Source: the human T2T-CHM13v2.0 reference genome, Homo sapiens | Length of the DNA stretch: 64,000 nt | Direction: 5' to 3' (one strand) | NCBI RefSeq assembly: GCF_009914755.1 | Contig: NC_060942.1 | Part shown: piece by piece, positions 49,672 to 64,000 of the stretch | Position numbering within the stretch: the stretch's first letter is position 1 | How the letters are laid out: the number at the start of each line of letters is the position of its first letter | Translations under genes and position numbers: made by a program | The notes under the pieces: model-generated | The model's input: the letters and a program-made list of their open reading frames with translations, nothing else | Told to the model about the DNA's origin: nothing | Database searches by the model: none

Positions 49672-49995
49672 TCAGTTTGCAGGCTCTTCTGCATCTAGGA
49701 TGGGAATTTCTTTGCCTCCTATAACCTTTGACCACAATGATCCTCTAACACAAGCAAGTCGTGTACAGCTTTTTCAAAATAAATTCCTACCGAAGACATA
49801 AGAAAAAAGAAAACAAAGATGAATTAATGCAGTACAATGTTCTTATTACAGGTTAACCAAAATCTAATTATATTGAGAGCTGATGAGTTATAAGCATGTT
49901 TGTCTTCCTATCTCTCATCCTAAGTGTACCTGATAGATGTTTGATAATATCATTCCAGTAGGTTGCTTAAGAGTGATTTAAAATTTATTTATTTG

Positions 49996-50387
<392 letters not shown>

Positions 50388-52759
50388 TTAGCTCTTAGGA
50401 AAAGCATCTATTTATACCCATTTTAAAAAATTTGGAATAGTCTTTTTCATTTGTCAAGAACACATTCAATAGCCACATTTAAACAGAATCATTAACTTTG
50501 GGGAAACTTGGCTTTGACACCTAATCTTCTATGCTGATTTACATGCTTATTTTCATTTTGGGGGGCATTCATGAAGGCTGAGGCCATCTTGTTCTGGAAT
50601 AAAGCTGTATTGCTCAAGCCTTTGTCAACAGCTATGTCAGAAACTTGTGGTTTAGATGCTCTCCTTTTCCACCTTGATAGGATACCCTATCAATAACCTG
50701 TTTTCTAACTGAGGAACACTTGTGATACTCAGGTCATTTGCAGGTAGACGTGATTCAGCTTTTCCTGGTTCATGTTAGTACCACTACTTGCTTTTCCACT
50801 TTCTCTCCCCATTTTCCTCCAAGCAATAGTTTCACTTAGCTCAATATCTCTTTTAGGAATCTAATATTTTAAACATGAAACACGCTTAACAGACTACATT
50901 AAAAGATAAATGCTATTTTAAGAAATAATAAATATTGTTGTTCTTAAAAAATAATAAGCATTTTTTATTTTTAGAAATAAACAAATGATTATGGTTGTAT
51001 TAATCTAAAATTATAAAATAGATGCACCATTTTATACAACTTATGAATTAATAGATTAAAAAAGTGTATTTCAGCAGGTATTGCTGTGTTTTGATAAGTT
51101 GCTTCTGATGGTAAAAAAAATTCAATGAAATGTAAAAAATTTGGTAATAATCATAAACAATGACCTACTTTATTGCCACTGACAAGAGTCACTTTACTGA
51201 AGTATATTTTAGATTACTATTTGAAGGAATTTCCCAGTGGCCATCTAGGGCTCTATAAATGTTAGGAACAACAAAAATCTTATTAATTTGTTAACAGCAA
51301 TATATAATTCTTATACATTCCTTAAAGGGAAACTACTATACTACTACATAAACAAGTAGTCTAGTTAGAGTGATATTTTACAGAAATGTTATAAAAACAT
51401 GTGAGCTCATGGTAAAACTGGAAAATTTTTGTGTGCTTTTACCCAAAGAGAAAGAATTAGGAAGTAATCCTACAAAAATGCATTTTGAAATCTTTCAATT
51501 TAAGATTAAAAGTAGCTATAGTAATAATATTAATATAATAGTTTTGATATTAAAATTATATTTCTTGTATATTAAATACATAGTTCAACATGGGCACACA
51601 AAAATAATCATTCACTTATATATTTATCCATCTAACAGACTTGTTTCCTCTTCTATCCAGGTCACTAGGATTACAAAGGATTGTGAATAAGTCACTCTAC
51701 TGGCACTTAGATATTTATGATATACTGAAAACCAAATAATAATATTAGGGACATTGTAGAGCTATCTATTGCTTCCATGGGATTAAATAGAAAGATTATA
51801 TAATTTTAAGAGAGATGAGTACAGGAAGTCTTTATCACAATAGTTGTTTTGACTGAGGGACAGTGGGAAAATTGGAAGGTTGAAGGGTACAAGAAAAGGC
51901 AGAGAGATTCAGTGAGTTCCATAGAGCAGAGAAACTTGTGAAAGAAACATTTTCAGAGACCTGGAAATGAGAGTGCACACATCAAGGAGCTATGAATGTT
52001 TCTTGGAATTAGAACTCCCATTGAGTTTAGGGTAATGGTGAGAGAGTAATAAGAGTGAAGCGAAAATCAAAGACAAATTTTAAGGACTATGTAAAATATT
52101 TTAAAGAATTTAGTCTCTTTTCTAAAGAGTGTGTGTGTGTGTGTGTGCACGTGTGTGTGTATGTGTTATACATGATGTGTGAAGGGGAGGGTTACAAAGC
52201 AGATTAGTGTTAATAGTTATATTTCAGGAAAGACTCCTGGATGCAATGTAGAGAATGGCCTGGGTGAATTTAGGATAAACAGATGTGATCTAGTAATTAT
52301 CTATTTCAGAACTGATGTAGAGATAGTGAGAACAGAAAATGATATTTGCAGAAGCAAGAAGTAATCCTAAAATAAATAACCAAGTAGGAATGACCAGTCA
52401 CAACTAAAAATGGATGAAATTAGATACATTTAAAATTATACTTTCTAATAGGGTTTATTTGGAAAAAGCAGTGAGAAGCAGTCCATGGGGAGCTTTGGGT
52501 CTCTGTTAAACTGCTCAGTTGGTAGGAAATGCCATAAGTGGAGAATGTACATATATGTATGTATATATATGCATACATACAGAGAGAAAGAGAGAGAGAG
52601 AGAGATTTAAAATAGAGGGCATAAAAGACAAGTTTTACCTGCTTCAAAATTCAGCTTTGTGATGGCTCCAACTATATTACTACATAGGAAAGATTTGATA
52701 AGGAAACTCTCCAACAATTTTCATAATTTCAAACTCATATAATCAATAATAATGGAAGA

Positions 52760-53258
52760 TGTTCCGGTTAGCCATTGCTGAGTAACACTTCTCCCCTGAG
52801 AAATAAAACCTTAATGGATTAATATAACAGCAATCATTGATTTTGCTTATGAATCTACAATTTGGGCAGAGCTCAGTAAAGATAACACGTAGCTGATCCC
52901 AACATTTGGAACCTCAGCTAGGATGACTCAAATCTTTAGGGCCTGAAACAGCTGAGGCTTGTTGGACGACTATGTCTCTCTCTCACTTCGGGTCATCTCA
53001 GGGTCTTCCTGTAGTTTCTTAGGATAGTCTAACTTCTTATATGGCATCTCAATGATCTGAGAACCAACATTCTAATAAATCTAGTGGAAGCTATGAGACT
53101 TCTTCTCAGCTAGCCTGAGAAGTCTAAGAATGTTATCCCTCGTGCCTTCTGTTGGACAAATCATTAAGGCCAGCACAAATTCAAGGAGAGGGGAATTAGA
53201 CTTCACCTCTCAATATAAAACATAGGAAAATATTTGTGGCCATCTTTAATTTACCACA
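52760..53258 (-). mobile_element. MLT1 (MLT1H-like) solo LTR
   Basis: TGCTTATGAATCTACAATTTGGGCAGAGCTCAG...AAATTCAAGGAGAGGGGAATTAGACTTCACCTCTC...GCCATCTTTAATTTACCACA. Confidence 0.78.
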
Positions 53259-53493
53259 GAGGGCCACATTTCACTATGGCAGGGTGCTTGAAGTTTCTAT
53301 TTCTAATCATTTCCCCTTAAAGGGAGTTGTTTACCATTGCCAACCTTGGAAAATAGTGTCTATTATAACACAACTACAAATTATTTATTTTAATCCCTGA
53401 ACCAGTAACTGACCTGGCTGATTTTACTAAGGGAACGGGCAGATTTCTTTACAAATAATGACCAACTCCTTTCTTTTAAAAACCTAAATATTT

Positions 53494-53664
<171 letters not shown>

Positions 53665-56600
53665 TTAATTAAAAACAACAACAAAAACCCAGAAACAAAC
53701 AAAAAAAACCCCATTAATAGTTGCTATCCATAAGCTATCATTTATGTTGAAGAAATTTAAACTTCTGTTAGTTACTTTAACGTGATTGGTAGAAATAGCC
53801 ATCCTAGGCAGAGAGAGAAACATGCAGAAAGGTTAAAGACCCATGAGTGGAAGCGCAAGAGTGGTGTTTATCTGGAATGTGCCTCTGACAAAAAGAGGAG
53901 CTAAAAGGACACAGGGTCTCTGTTTTGAAGAAATGGTGGTGATAAGGCAAGGACCTCAGTGACTGATTATCTGGAGTCAGGGTTCTTCTTTAGCAGTGGA
54001 ATGCAGTTAGTTAGGACTATGTCGTTTTAAACAGCATAGCAGAAGCCAAAAGGACGTAAAGTTTTTGGGAGTCCTGGTGCAAGTAATTGGCGAGGAGTTT
54101 AGACAATTGTGCAACCTGGATGTCTTTGCCATGCATGTGTCAGGGTTGAACACTTCCTGCATTAAAGAAGAAAGAATTTTCCCAGTCGTAAGCAGTGTTC
54201 CATAGTGGAATGTTCTACAACAGGACTTTAAATAAAATAAATGTTAAGTGTCAATCGTTATCCTGTTTGGAAACTAGAATGAGAGACACTTTATTTTTAT
54301 TCTAGAGTTTTGATTACAGAATACAATAGAGACATATCAAGGAATAAATATTCTTAAATCATAATTTTAATTTACAGAAATAAAAGTGTATTTAGATTTT
54401 ACCATGTTGGTTTTGAAACTTCTAAGTTTCTTCACACAAAGAAAATGCTTTCAAGATGCTCATTGAAGAGAAAATCAATCGCTCTAAACTAATTGTTATA
54501 TGATTTTTGAAGACCCTTGTAATTAGATTCAAATATCTTATTTAGGGAATATTAATGATACGTAGTGTTTCTTTTTTTAACATTTTCAAGAAAGTAAAAT
54601 GTAATGGAGTCTGTTTCCACTATCACTGCTGGAGTAAAAATAATAATGATTTTTTTTCTGTAAGGCAATTTTATTAAACCTATTATCAAGAGTGTTCTAC
54701 ACAAAAGGTCTTTAGAAAATTATAAAAATTATGTTGGATATTAAAATACTTGTTGCAAATATTCTGCAATATGGTAGGTACAGATTGAGAGAATTGTTTC
54801 AGCTCCTGTGTTAAATTACTTCAGTAGATAGAAAGTTTCACTGCCTTGAGGCCATATCAAATCAGTTCACTAATTCAACATTTTATAAATCCTTGTTTAT
54901 TCTTCACCTGATTCTTAAAGATTAAGCAAAGAACATACATCAGGCCTAGGCTTAATGTCAACATTAAAAAGTTGCAGGAAGATTGTATTGAAAAATAAAA
55001 GGAAATATTTAGAAGTAAGAGAGGTAACAGTATAATGGAAGGGAAGGATGTCAAGAAAGAAAGCAAAATCCAAAATGGAAACATTACATAAAACTTACAT
55101 TTCCTTACCTGTCACTTCGGTGCAGATATATTAACTACTCATTAAGCTCCAGTGAACCTGTGAGAATGTCCTTTTGTGAATTTTAAAGTGTACATATTCA
55201 TGCGATGGCTCCAGCTTGAAAGAAAAGACCAAACTCTTTACCAAGGCATCATAAATTAATGCAAACTTATCCTTTCGAGTTGCTATATGTTGATAATTTA
55301 AGGAGTAGCACATGGATTAAATAAAAAGTAAATTTAAGCCAACCTAAGTCTAAATTGGCTTCACAAGAACAAATCCAGTTTTCTCTCATTCATAGAACGA
55401 CTGGATGTAACTTCATTTGAAGCACCTAAATATTAAAAAATATATTTTTATATAAATCTATAGCTATGCCATTATATTCTATCAGTTTCCTCATTATGAT
55501 TAATTTCCTCATTGATTGAATACTTCTGCAATGAGAACAGAAAGGAAATATACAATTGGAAGTATTTTCAGTTCACCAATTTAAAAAAAGTTGAATGAAT
55601 CTTGTTGAATGATAGAAATCAAGTGCAGACAACATCAAGTGCACAGAATTCCCAGCCCATGGAACATTTTAATCATCAAGGGGAAACACAGCCTGTGTCT
55701 TCTTACTTAGCTAGACTGCAAGGGACTTGAGGCTAGAAACTGAGTCTTATGTGGAAAGATCTTTATCCCCACATAACTATCTGACACACAGCAGATGCTG
55801 ATTACTGTGTATTAAATTGAATGAAATCTTGATAGAAAGTTTGGTTTTATGAAAGCAACATCATGTCATTACATTCATAACCCAGAAGAAGATTTGCTTC
55901 TGAAGGAAAATACGTGAAGTAGTATTTGTAAAATAGTAATCTTGCACTATCAGACACTAGCATTCAAGTACAGAAAATAAAATGACACAGACATTTGGAA
56001 GGGATTGCTCTGGGTCTTCAAACAGCACGTTCAAGCTTCAGGATTGGTTTAAAAAGATATAGGGAACCTCAAAATTGATTTTTCAAATGTTATTAGAATC
56101 AACCAAGTTTTATTAAAAAGAAGTGTTATATGATGGAGGTTTTTTTGCTAGATTCTATGGAATAGAAGAGAAGGGGTGGGGTTGTTAATATGTTCTCTTG
56201 CCATGAATCTTCCAAAACCCGGCTAAAGAAAAATTTGTCTACCCAACTTCCTTTTATTTCTGGCAAAAAATTGTTTTTCACTAATTATCCCCAGCTATAC
56301 CAGATTCTGTAGTTTTTATTTTTAACTTTTCTCTACATGGTCTTACATCTGTGTACCCTTTGTGTTGGAATATTGGGTCTTAAAGTGGGAAATTCTTTAG
56401 GAGAGGTAGGTACAATGTGATTGTCCAAAGAGAAAAAAAGCATTTTAAACATTACTTGAAAGCTATTGTATTGGTATCTGCCTATAAGAAAAGTGGAGTG
56501 TACTTAATCAGATATCAGGAATTTTGATGGAACTTAATATTTAAAAACTCATATTTTCCTCCCTCTTCATTTACTTTTAAAGGAAGTCAGTGTGTCACCC

Positions 56601-57949
56601 TATAATTTTAAATGTACCTACTGCCCTCATTATGCATATTTTGTCTGATGTATACAAGGCTGTTCAGAAGATTCTTCACTTTTCCTGGTGAAAAATGGCC
56701 CATACATTTTAATAAATAAGATCTGGGCTTATTATTTTAAACTGCTTATTTTATGGTGATAATAAAACTCAAAAACAGGTACACAGGGAAATTAGTGTTA
56801 AACTGGGTAGAGACTCTTCTAGGAAAAAGCAAACATTTTCATTATAGGTATTGAAACAAAGTAAACCATGGAGGGTTTTAACATATTATATACCTGCTCA
56901 TTTTGTGTTTGCCCTGGTTGACATTATCCTTTTCTTGCTTTTGCAATGACTTCATCATTGATACTGAAGTAAAAATAGTGGAGATAAAACTAACAATAAT
57001 CCCTTTGACTTTTAGCTGGTGCATTTCCTAGTAATTTCCAAAACTTGAAAGTCACAGTTTGGGTAAATGTTAAAACAATATGTATTTCCATAAGCTGTAA
57101 TACAATTCTTTGTAAATGGCAAAAGCACATTTGCCTTTTAATCAGAAAACAACTTGCTGAATCCAGACAACATGGCCTTCTCCAAGATGCTTGACATGAA
57201 CAACAATAATAAAATTCAGTGGTATTTGATATTTTGCAGATGTTCTTAGATTGAAAATGGTAGCTTTACACATATTTGCACATGATCATTATAAAGCTAT
57301 ATTGGTCAATGTAGAAGAATAGAATATATTTAATGGGTTTTTAGGTTGATTTATAACTTTTAAGTATTTAGACATATGGTATGCAGGCTTACATTTGATT
57401 TCCTGTCCCGAGCCCCACAAATGCTAGGGACATGAATTTCTGAATAAACTATTACTGTAGTTACAGACAAATGTGGTTCATCTTGTTAAAGGGAACGTTT
57501 TGCAAGCATCTAGATTTCTTACATCAGGGTAAAGAAATGGATGAAAGAGACATTTGATTGATGCCACTGTCACCCAGGTGTTTCAGATCTCACCAGGCCC
57601 CTTTTGTGTATTTAAAAGAAACAACCGTTGCAGCCAATAAGGGAATTTTAAAAGCTAGTCATGTTTTATGAATCGTGTGTATCTTGGTTTGAATGCTCAT
57701 CAAAGATAATAAGTTTTGTTTACACTCATCATGAATGACTCCCCAAAGTTTGCAAATCCACCTGTAAGTCTTATTCTTATCAGAACACATCAATGAACTG
57801 TTCCCTACCTTTGATTTGAACGTAGATGTGAAGGATATGTTGATCATATTTGACAGTTCATAGAATAGAATTGGTTTCTGCAAAGGATAACTCTTGTTAA
57901 TTCTATTCATATTTTTTCACTTATTTTTAGTTGACACATAATAATTGTA

Positions 57950-59225
57950 TTATGTTGGTGCAAATGTAATTGCGGCTTTTTCACTGTTGGAATTTGCCAT
58001 TTGATACTGGAATACATTCTTAAATTAATGTGCTTATGTTATATAGTGTTTTAATGGGCATTTTTTGCTTTATGTTTTCTTGCTAATGACTTATTACTTG
58101 CTGTTTGTTTGATATTTATTTTAGACTGTGGAAATGATGTTAGACAAAATGCAAATTCCAGTAGTTTTCTTATTCGAGTTCAAAGTGGGTCATAAAGCAG
58201 CGGAGACAACTTGCAAACTCAACAATGCATTTGGCCCAGAAACTGCTAACGAACATACAGTGCAGTGGTGGTTCAAGAGATTTTGCAAAGGAGACAAGAG
58301 CCTTGATGAGGATCACAGTGGCTGGCCATCCCAAGTTGACAATGACCAATTCAGAGCAATCATCGAAGCTGTTCCTTTTACAACTACATGAGAAGTTGCC
58401 AAGGAAATCAGTGTCGACCATTCTACAGTGATTCGGTATTTGAAGCAAATAGGAAAGGCAAAAAAGCTCGATAAGTGGGTGCCTCATGAGCTGAGTGAAA
58501 ATCCAAAAATTTGACTTTTTGTAGTGTCATCTTATTCTATGCAACAACAACAAACCATTTCTCGATCAGATTGTGATGTCCGATGAAAACTGTATTTGAT
58601 ACGACAACCGGTGATGACCAGCTCAGTGGTTGGACTGAGAAGTTCCAAAGTCCTTCCCATAGCCAAATTTGCACCAAAAAAAAGGTCATGTTCACTGTTT
58701 GGTGGTCTGCTGCTGGTCTAATTTACCACAACGGTCTGAATCCTGGCGAAACCATTATACCTGAGAAGTATGCACAGCAAATCAATGAGATACACCAAAA
58801 ACTGCAAAGCCTGCAGTCGGCACTGGTCAACATGAGGGGCCTGGTTCTTCTCCACAACAATGCCTGACCACATGTTGCACAACCAACGCTTCAAAAGTTG
58901 AACGAATTGGGCTACAAAGCTTTGACTTTTCTGCCATATTCACCTTACCTCCCTCCAACCAACTACCACTTCTTCAAGCATCTCGACAACTTTTTGCAGG
59001 GAAAATGCTTCCACAACCAGCAGGATGCAGAAAATGCTTTCCAAGAGTTTGTCAAATCCCGAAGCACATACTTTTATGCTACAGGAATAAGCAAACTTAT
59101 TTCTTGTTGGCAAAAAAGTGTTGATTATAATGACTCCTATTTTGATTAATAAAGATGTGTTTGAGCCTAGTTATAATGATTTGAAATTCACAGCCCAAAA
59201 CCACAATTATTTTGCACCAACCTAA
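57950..59225 (+). mobile_element. Hsmar1 mariner DNA transposon, full length (1276 bp)
   Basis: TIRs TTATGTTGGTGCAAATGTAATTGCGGCTTT and AAAACCACAATTATTTTGCACCAACCTAA; TA target at 57948-57949 (right copy reads AT). Confidence 0.97.
58128..59149 (+). pseudogene. Hsmar1 transposase, inactivated
   Basis: EMMLDKMQIPVVFLFEFKVGHKAAETT N-terminus (start ATG now GTG), WVPHEL, YSPYLPPTNYHFFKHLDNFL, ending SYFD*; in-frame stops and frameshifts. Confidence 0.95.
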
Positions 59226-61220
59226 ATCATATTTATGGCATCTAGTGATATTTCAATACATGGGTACAATGTGTAATGATCCAATTAAGGTAATCAAGAT
59301 AAATAAAGATAATTAGCATACTCATAACAGTTTGGGGAACATTCGAAATTCTCTCTTCTAGCTTCTCAAAAATATATAATAAACTACTTTTAACTATATT
59401 CTCCCTACAGTGCTATAGAGCACTAGAACTTTTTCCTCATATCTAGCTGTAATTTTGTATGACTTAGCCAACTTCTCCCTACCCACCCATACCCCCTATA
59501 CTTCCAAGCCTCTAATAAACACAATTCTCTCCACTTCTATGTGTTCAACTTCTTTCACTTCTTACATATGAGAACATTCAGTATAAATCTTTCTGTGCCT
59601 GAGTTACTTTACTCAACATAATGTCCTTTAGGCTTATCCCTGTTGCCACAAATGAAAGTATTTCATTCTTTTTATGGCTGAATAGTATTCCATTGTGTAT
59701 ATATATATATATATACCACATTTTCTTCATTCATCTGTTGATAGACATTTAGGTTGATTCTGTATCTTGTTCATTGTGAATAGCACTTCAATAAACATGG
59801 GAGTTCAGATATATCTTTGATAAGCTGATTTTCTTTTCTTTGGATAAATATTCAATAGTAAGATTGCTGGATAATATGGAAATTTTATACATAGTGTTTT
59901 GAGAAAACTCTACTGTTTTCCATTATGGCTGTATGAATTTATATCCCATTAAGAATTCCCTTTTCTCTGCACAAATTTTTTGGGGGGTCTTTTTGATAGT
60001 AGTCATTCTAACTGGGGTGAGATGTTATCTCATTGTGGCTTTAATCTGCATTTCCCTGATGATTTGTGACGGATTTTTTATATACTTGTTGATCATTTGT
60101 ATGTCTTTTTTTTGAGAAATGTCTACTCAGAAATGCCTGTGTTTTAATGGATTGTTTTTTGTTGTTGTTGTTGTTGTTGAGTTGTTTGAGTTCCTCATAT
60201 ATTCTGGGCATTAGTCCCTTGTCAGATGCATAGTTTGCAAATATTTTCTCCTAATCTACAGATAGTTTCCTCACGTTGTTGTTTCCTTTGTTATTTATGC
60301 AGGGAGTTTTAGTTCGATATATTCTTGTTTGTCTGTTTTAACTTTTGTTGCCTGTGCATTTGAGGTCTCATCAGTGAGACTAGATAGACTAGTCCTTATG
60401 CTTGACCCATTCTTTAGATGTTTAGAAAGATAATTTAGATGGAAATGTTCTTTCAAATAAAACTTGTAATTCTTAATATGATCCAGTAAACTCTACATTT
60501 TTTAGCCTCTGCTGACATTCAGCTCCTCTGAAGTAAGCATTAATGTGGTCTCGATTTTTATGAATGAAGACCAATAATTATAGAAGTGAAAACCCTGCCT
60601 ATAGCTTGTTTTGGATGTTATGATATCTAGATCTTCTAAGTCCTATAATCTTCACTCAAATATGACACTATATTTATTCAACACTCAGAAATGAAATAAC
60701 TGTATTCCTACCACTCAGCTAAAACATGGGTCCACAAATACGAATACTGGAAAGCCTTTCCCATTGGACTCACCAAATTCTAGGTGGATGGTTACAGGGG
60801 TATGTGTGTTCCAAGACAGTGTTTTTTTTCTTTTTTCAATTGCCTTTTATATAATTTTCAAAAACTAGGAACTCACTTGTAAATGTTTTAGGTTGACATT
60901 TAAATGTTTTCATTGTAATAGTTGTAAATGGTGTATAATCTTTGGTACATTATAAACAGAAATATTTTGAAATAAAATCTATCAATTTTAACAACATATT
61001 TGATGAAATTGAAAATATATTGGCAATTTGATCCCTGCCATCATCCATATAGAAATATTCATGAACATGTTCATTCGTAGCATCTGGAAATCTTTGACTG
61101 TTCTTTTTTTTCTTTGAACATATAGTTCTATTTCACTTCCACAAAAAATTTATTCTACTGCATAGAATTATTTTATTGAACACTTTATCATTTTCTGCAA
61201 CAAATATAGATGTATGAGTA

Positions 61221-61696
<476 letters not shown>

Positions 61697-61824
61697 ACAT
61701 TCAATGAAATGTTTATCTTGTATATTTAAATGGAAATAGCAGCTTGATTATTATTTTATGTGGAAAGTCATGATATAAGTATCCTTCATAGGTATTGGTA
61801 CAGGTGTGTACATAACTATAAGTT

Positions 61825-61891
61825 ATATGTGTGTGTATATATATATATATATATATACACACAGACACACACACACGTATACACATGTGTG
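61825..61891. repeat. (TG)n(TA)n(CA)n alternating purine-pyrimidine microsatellite
   Basis: Direct reading; the core is self-complementary. Confidence 0.9.
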
Positions 61892-63279
61892 AAACACTTC
61901 ATTAAATCAAAACCATCCGAATTATCAATCAATAAATGTTTAGTATCAATTAATAATAAATTCTATATGTACAATTATTCTTTCATAAAATAAATATTAA
62001 CTCATTTTAGCATCACTATGCCATAAACTACATGAGTAAACTGTTTTATTTTCATATATATTTGCATTACCAAGTTGATATATTTTAAAATATATTTAAT
62101 GCAAGGTTAACTTTGAATGAAGCCATTTACTACAATCAGAAATTTTAGAGGAAAAAGCAGAAGGGCAATGTCACTATTCCCTTCTCCCTTAAGGTGTCCC
62201 TGGTTCTCACACAAATGCTTGAAAAGAGGTGGAACATGGAAAACACAGAAAGACCCTATTTGGCTTTAATACCTTCACTCATAAGTCACTGGAAACCAGT
62301 CATAAGGAGGGGTTTCTCTTTCCCTCAGTCTTCTCTCTCTAGGACTCCCAGGACTATCAGCTAGAAAACTGGAATTAGACTATATTGGACATTATGTTAC
62401 ACTGAATATTTTTTAGTGTCTGTCATTCTATTTATTCAACTGAATGTATAATATATTCCTAAGAAAGGTAGTTAATTAAATTATCAACCGACAAAAGGGA
62501 GATCTAATTCTTTCTTCTGTGTTCCTTCTCTTCCTCTTCCTACCTGCACACGCTCCCTCTCTCTCTCTGTCTCTCTCACTTCTTTTTTCCTTCACATATA
62601 TACTCATTCACTCTTAAAAACAAAATTGCCACCATTTCAGGTTTCTTTCCCTATTGTATTTTTCTTCCACAACACAACTGCAGGATGTATCTTTCTATTA
62701 TAGAATATTTATTATATAAAATATATTTTTATTCTTCAAAATTATTTTAATAAGTATTTTTATGCATTAAAAATATTATTAAAGATAATTTCTGGTGTTA
62801 GAGTGGGCATGGTAAAATGTGTACAATTATACATTGCTGATGGGGATCATTCCAAAAGATTCTTAGGTGGTCACAGAGGTTGAAGCCGCCCTGTGAGACT
62901 CAGATTCCCTGCTTCAGCAGGTCCTAGTCTGTGCCCACTTTGGCTTTAGAGTTATAAATACCAGGTGCCAATGTATGAAAATGTGTTGGTGTAAACACAA
63001 CTTTATTTTTTAAAATTGACATGTCATAAAAGAATACCAAAGAGAATATTTTCATAAAAGCACAATAGGAAAAGAGAGGTATACTTACATATTTTGCAGC
63101 CTAAGGAAATGTAATGAGATGGTTGACATTCCTCAATTAAGGAATGTTAAGGGCTTAGTTTTAGGCTGAAGTAAAAATATATTTCTTATGCTTATACTAC
63201 TTTTCTTTGAGTTCATTGCTAACACATTTTCCCCAACTGTTGATATCTCAGAACAGTATTTTTAGTAAAATAAAAAAAC

Positions 63280-63790
63280 AATTTTATTTTATAAAAATGA
63301 GTAAATTTCTAATAGCATAATGTAAACAAAAAAAGTACATGTAACTCCATTTGGATAATATAATCTAAAATATTTTGTGTATTTCTTACTTGTCTTTTTA
63401 TAAATACATATATAATTTGGATATAAATTCCTTAAATATACTTTTAAACTAACAATTCGTAGATGTGATTATTTATAATAATTTTTAGTTTTACTCTACA
63501 CCTGTGTCATTAAATATTCTTCTATTGCATGATTTTTCATGGCTGCACACATTTTATTTCATGAATATTCCATGAGTTTCACCATTCCCTTACTACTAAC
63601 AATTAAAATTATTGGAATGTTTTATTATTATAAATAAAATGTCAATAAACAGTATGGTAATAAGTACTCATATTCACTCTAATGATATCTTTAATATAAA
63701 TTAGTAAGAATTGAAATAATGTGTAAAATGATATGAATTTTAAGCCTTTTGAAACATGCTATCAAAGTATCTTCTATTACAATTAAGATA
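63280..63790 (-). mobile_element. Very old L1ME-like 3' fragment
   Basis: TTTTTCATGGCTGCACACATTTTATTTCATGAATA...TTTTATTATTATAAATAAAATGTCAATAAACA resembles decayed L1ME antisense sequence. Confidence 0.5.
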
Positions 63791-64000
63791 CTATTTTCTG
63801 TTCTTACAGCAGAACATCCATTCACACACACACATCCATTCACACACACACATCTTTTTAACATAGATAAATTGTTCCCAGTACCTGATTTGATACATAA
63901 TTCTAACCCTGGACCAGAAGTAGACATCTGGCTCAGACATGCCCAGGCAGGCCAGCTGTTTCAGATGGTTGCCTTGGCTCCCACACTGACCCCTTCTTCA

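Larger units (their letters stand above)
57912..60370 (-). mobile_element. L1MA 3' end, split by Hsmar1
   Basis: TTGACACATAATAATTGTA | CATATTTATGG reads through the Hsmar1 insertion; TTTTATGGCTGAATAGTATTCCATTGTGTATATA; CATTCTAACTGGGGTGAGATG. Confidence 0.9.

Overview
This is AT-rich primate genomic DNA, probably catarrhine and human-like (AluY/AluS/AluJ, L1PA/L1M, L2, MIR, THE1/MST/MLT, HERV-L, MER52, Hsmar1). I see no intact cellular protein-coding gene, RNA gene or CRISPR array, so it reads as intergenic or deep intronic. The ORFs with recognisable homology are decayed retroviral (HERV-L gag/pol/dUTPase, MaLR) or mariner transposase fragments. The main structure is a four-level nest at ~4.7-18.9 kb: an old L1M holds an internally deleted MLT2/ERV-L provirus, whose 3' LTR holds a full THE1, whose internal region holds a full-length HERV-L/MLT2A1 provirus, with target-site duplications (TSDs) readable at each level. 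There is also a full-length dead Hsmar1 inside an L1MA, a tightly spaced inverted AluSp pair, and several locally templated duplications or fold-backs of non-repeat DNA (33.5-50 kb). A GC-elevated island at 40.6-41.4 kb carries splice-like signals. I found no convincing new biological system. Repeat subfamily calls come from remembered consensus sequences, not a database search, and boundaries of old repeats are approximate.
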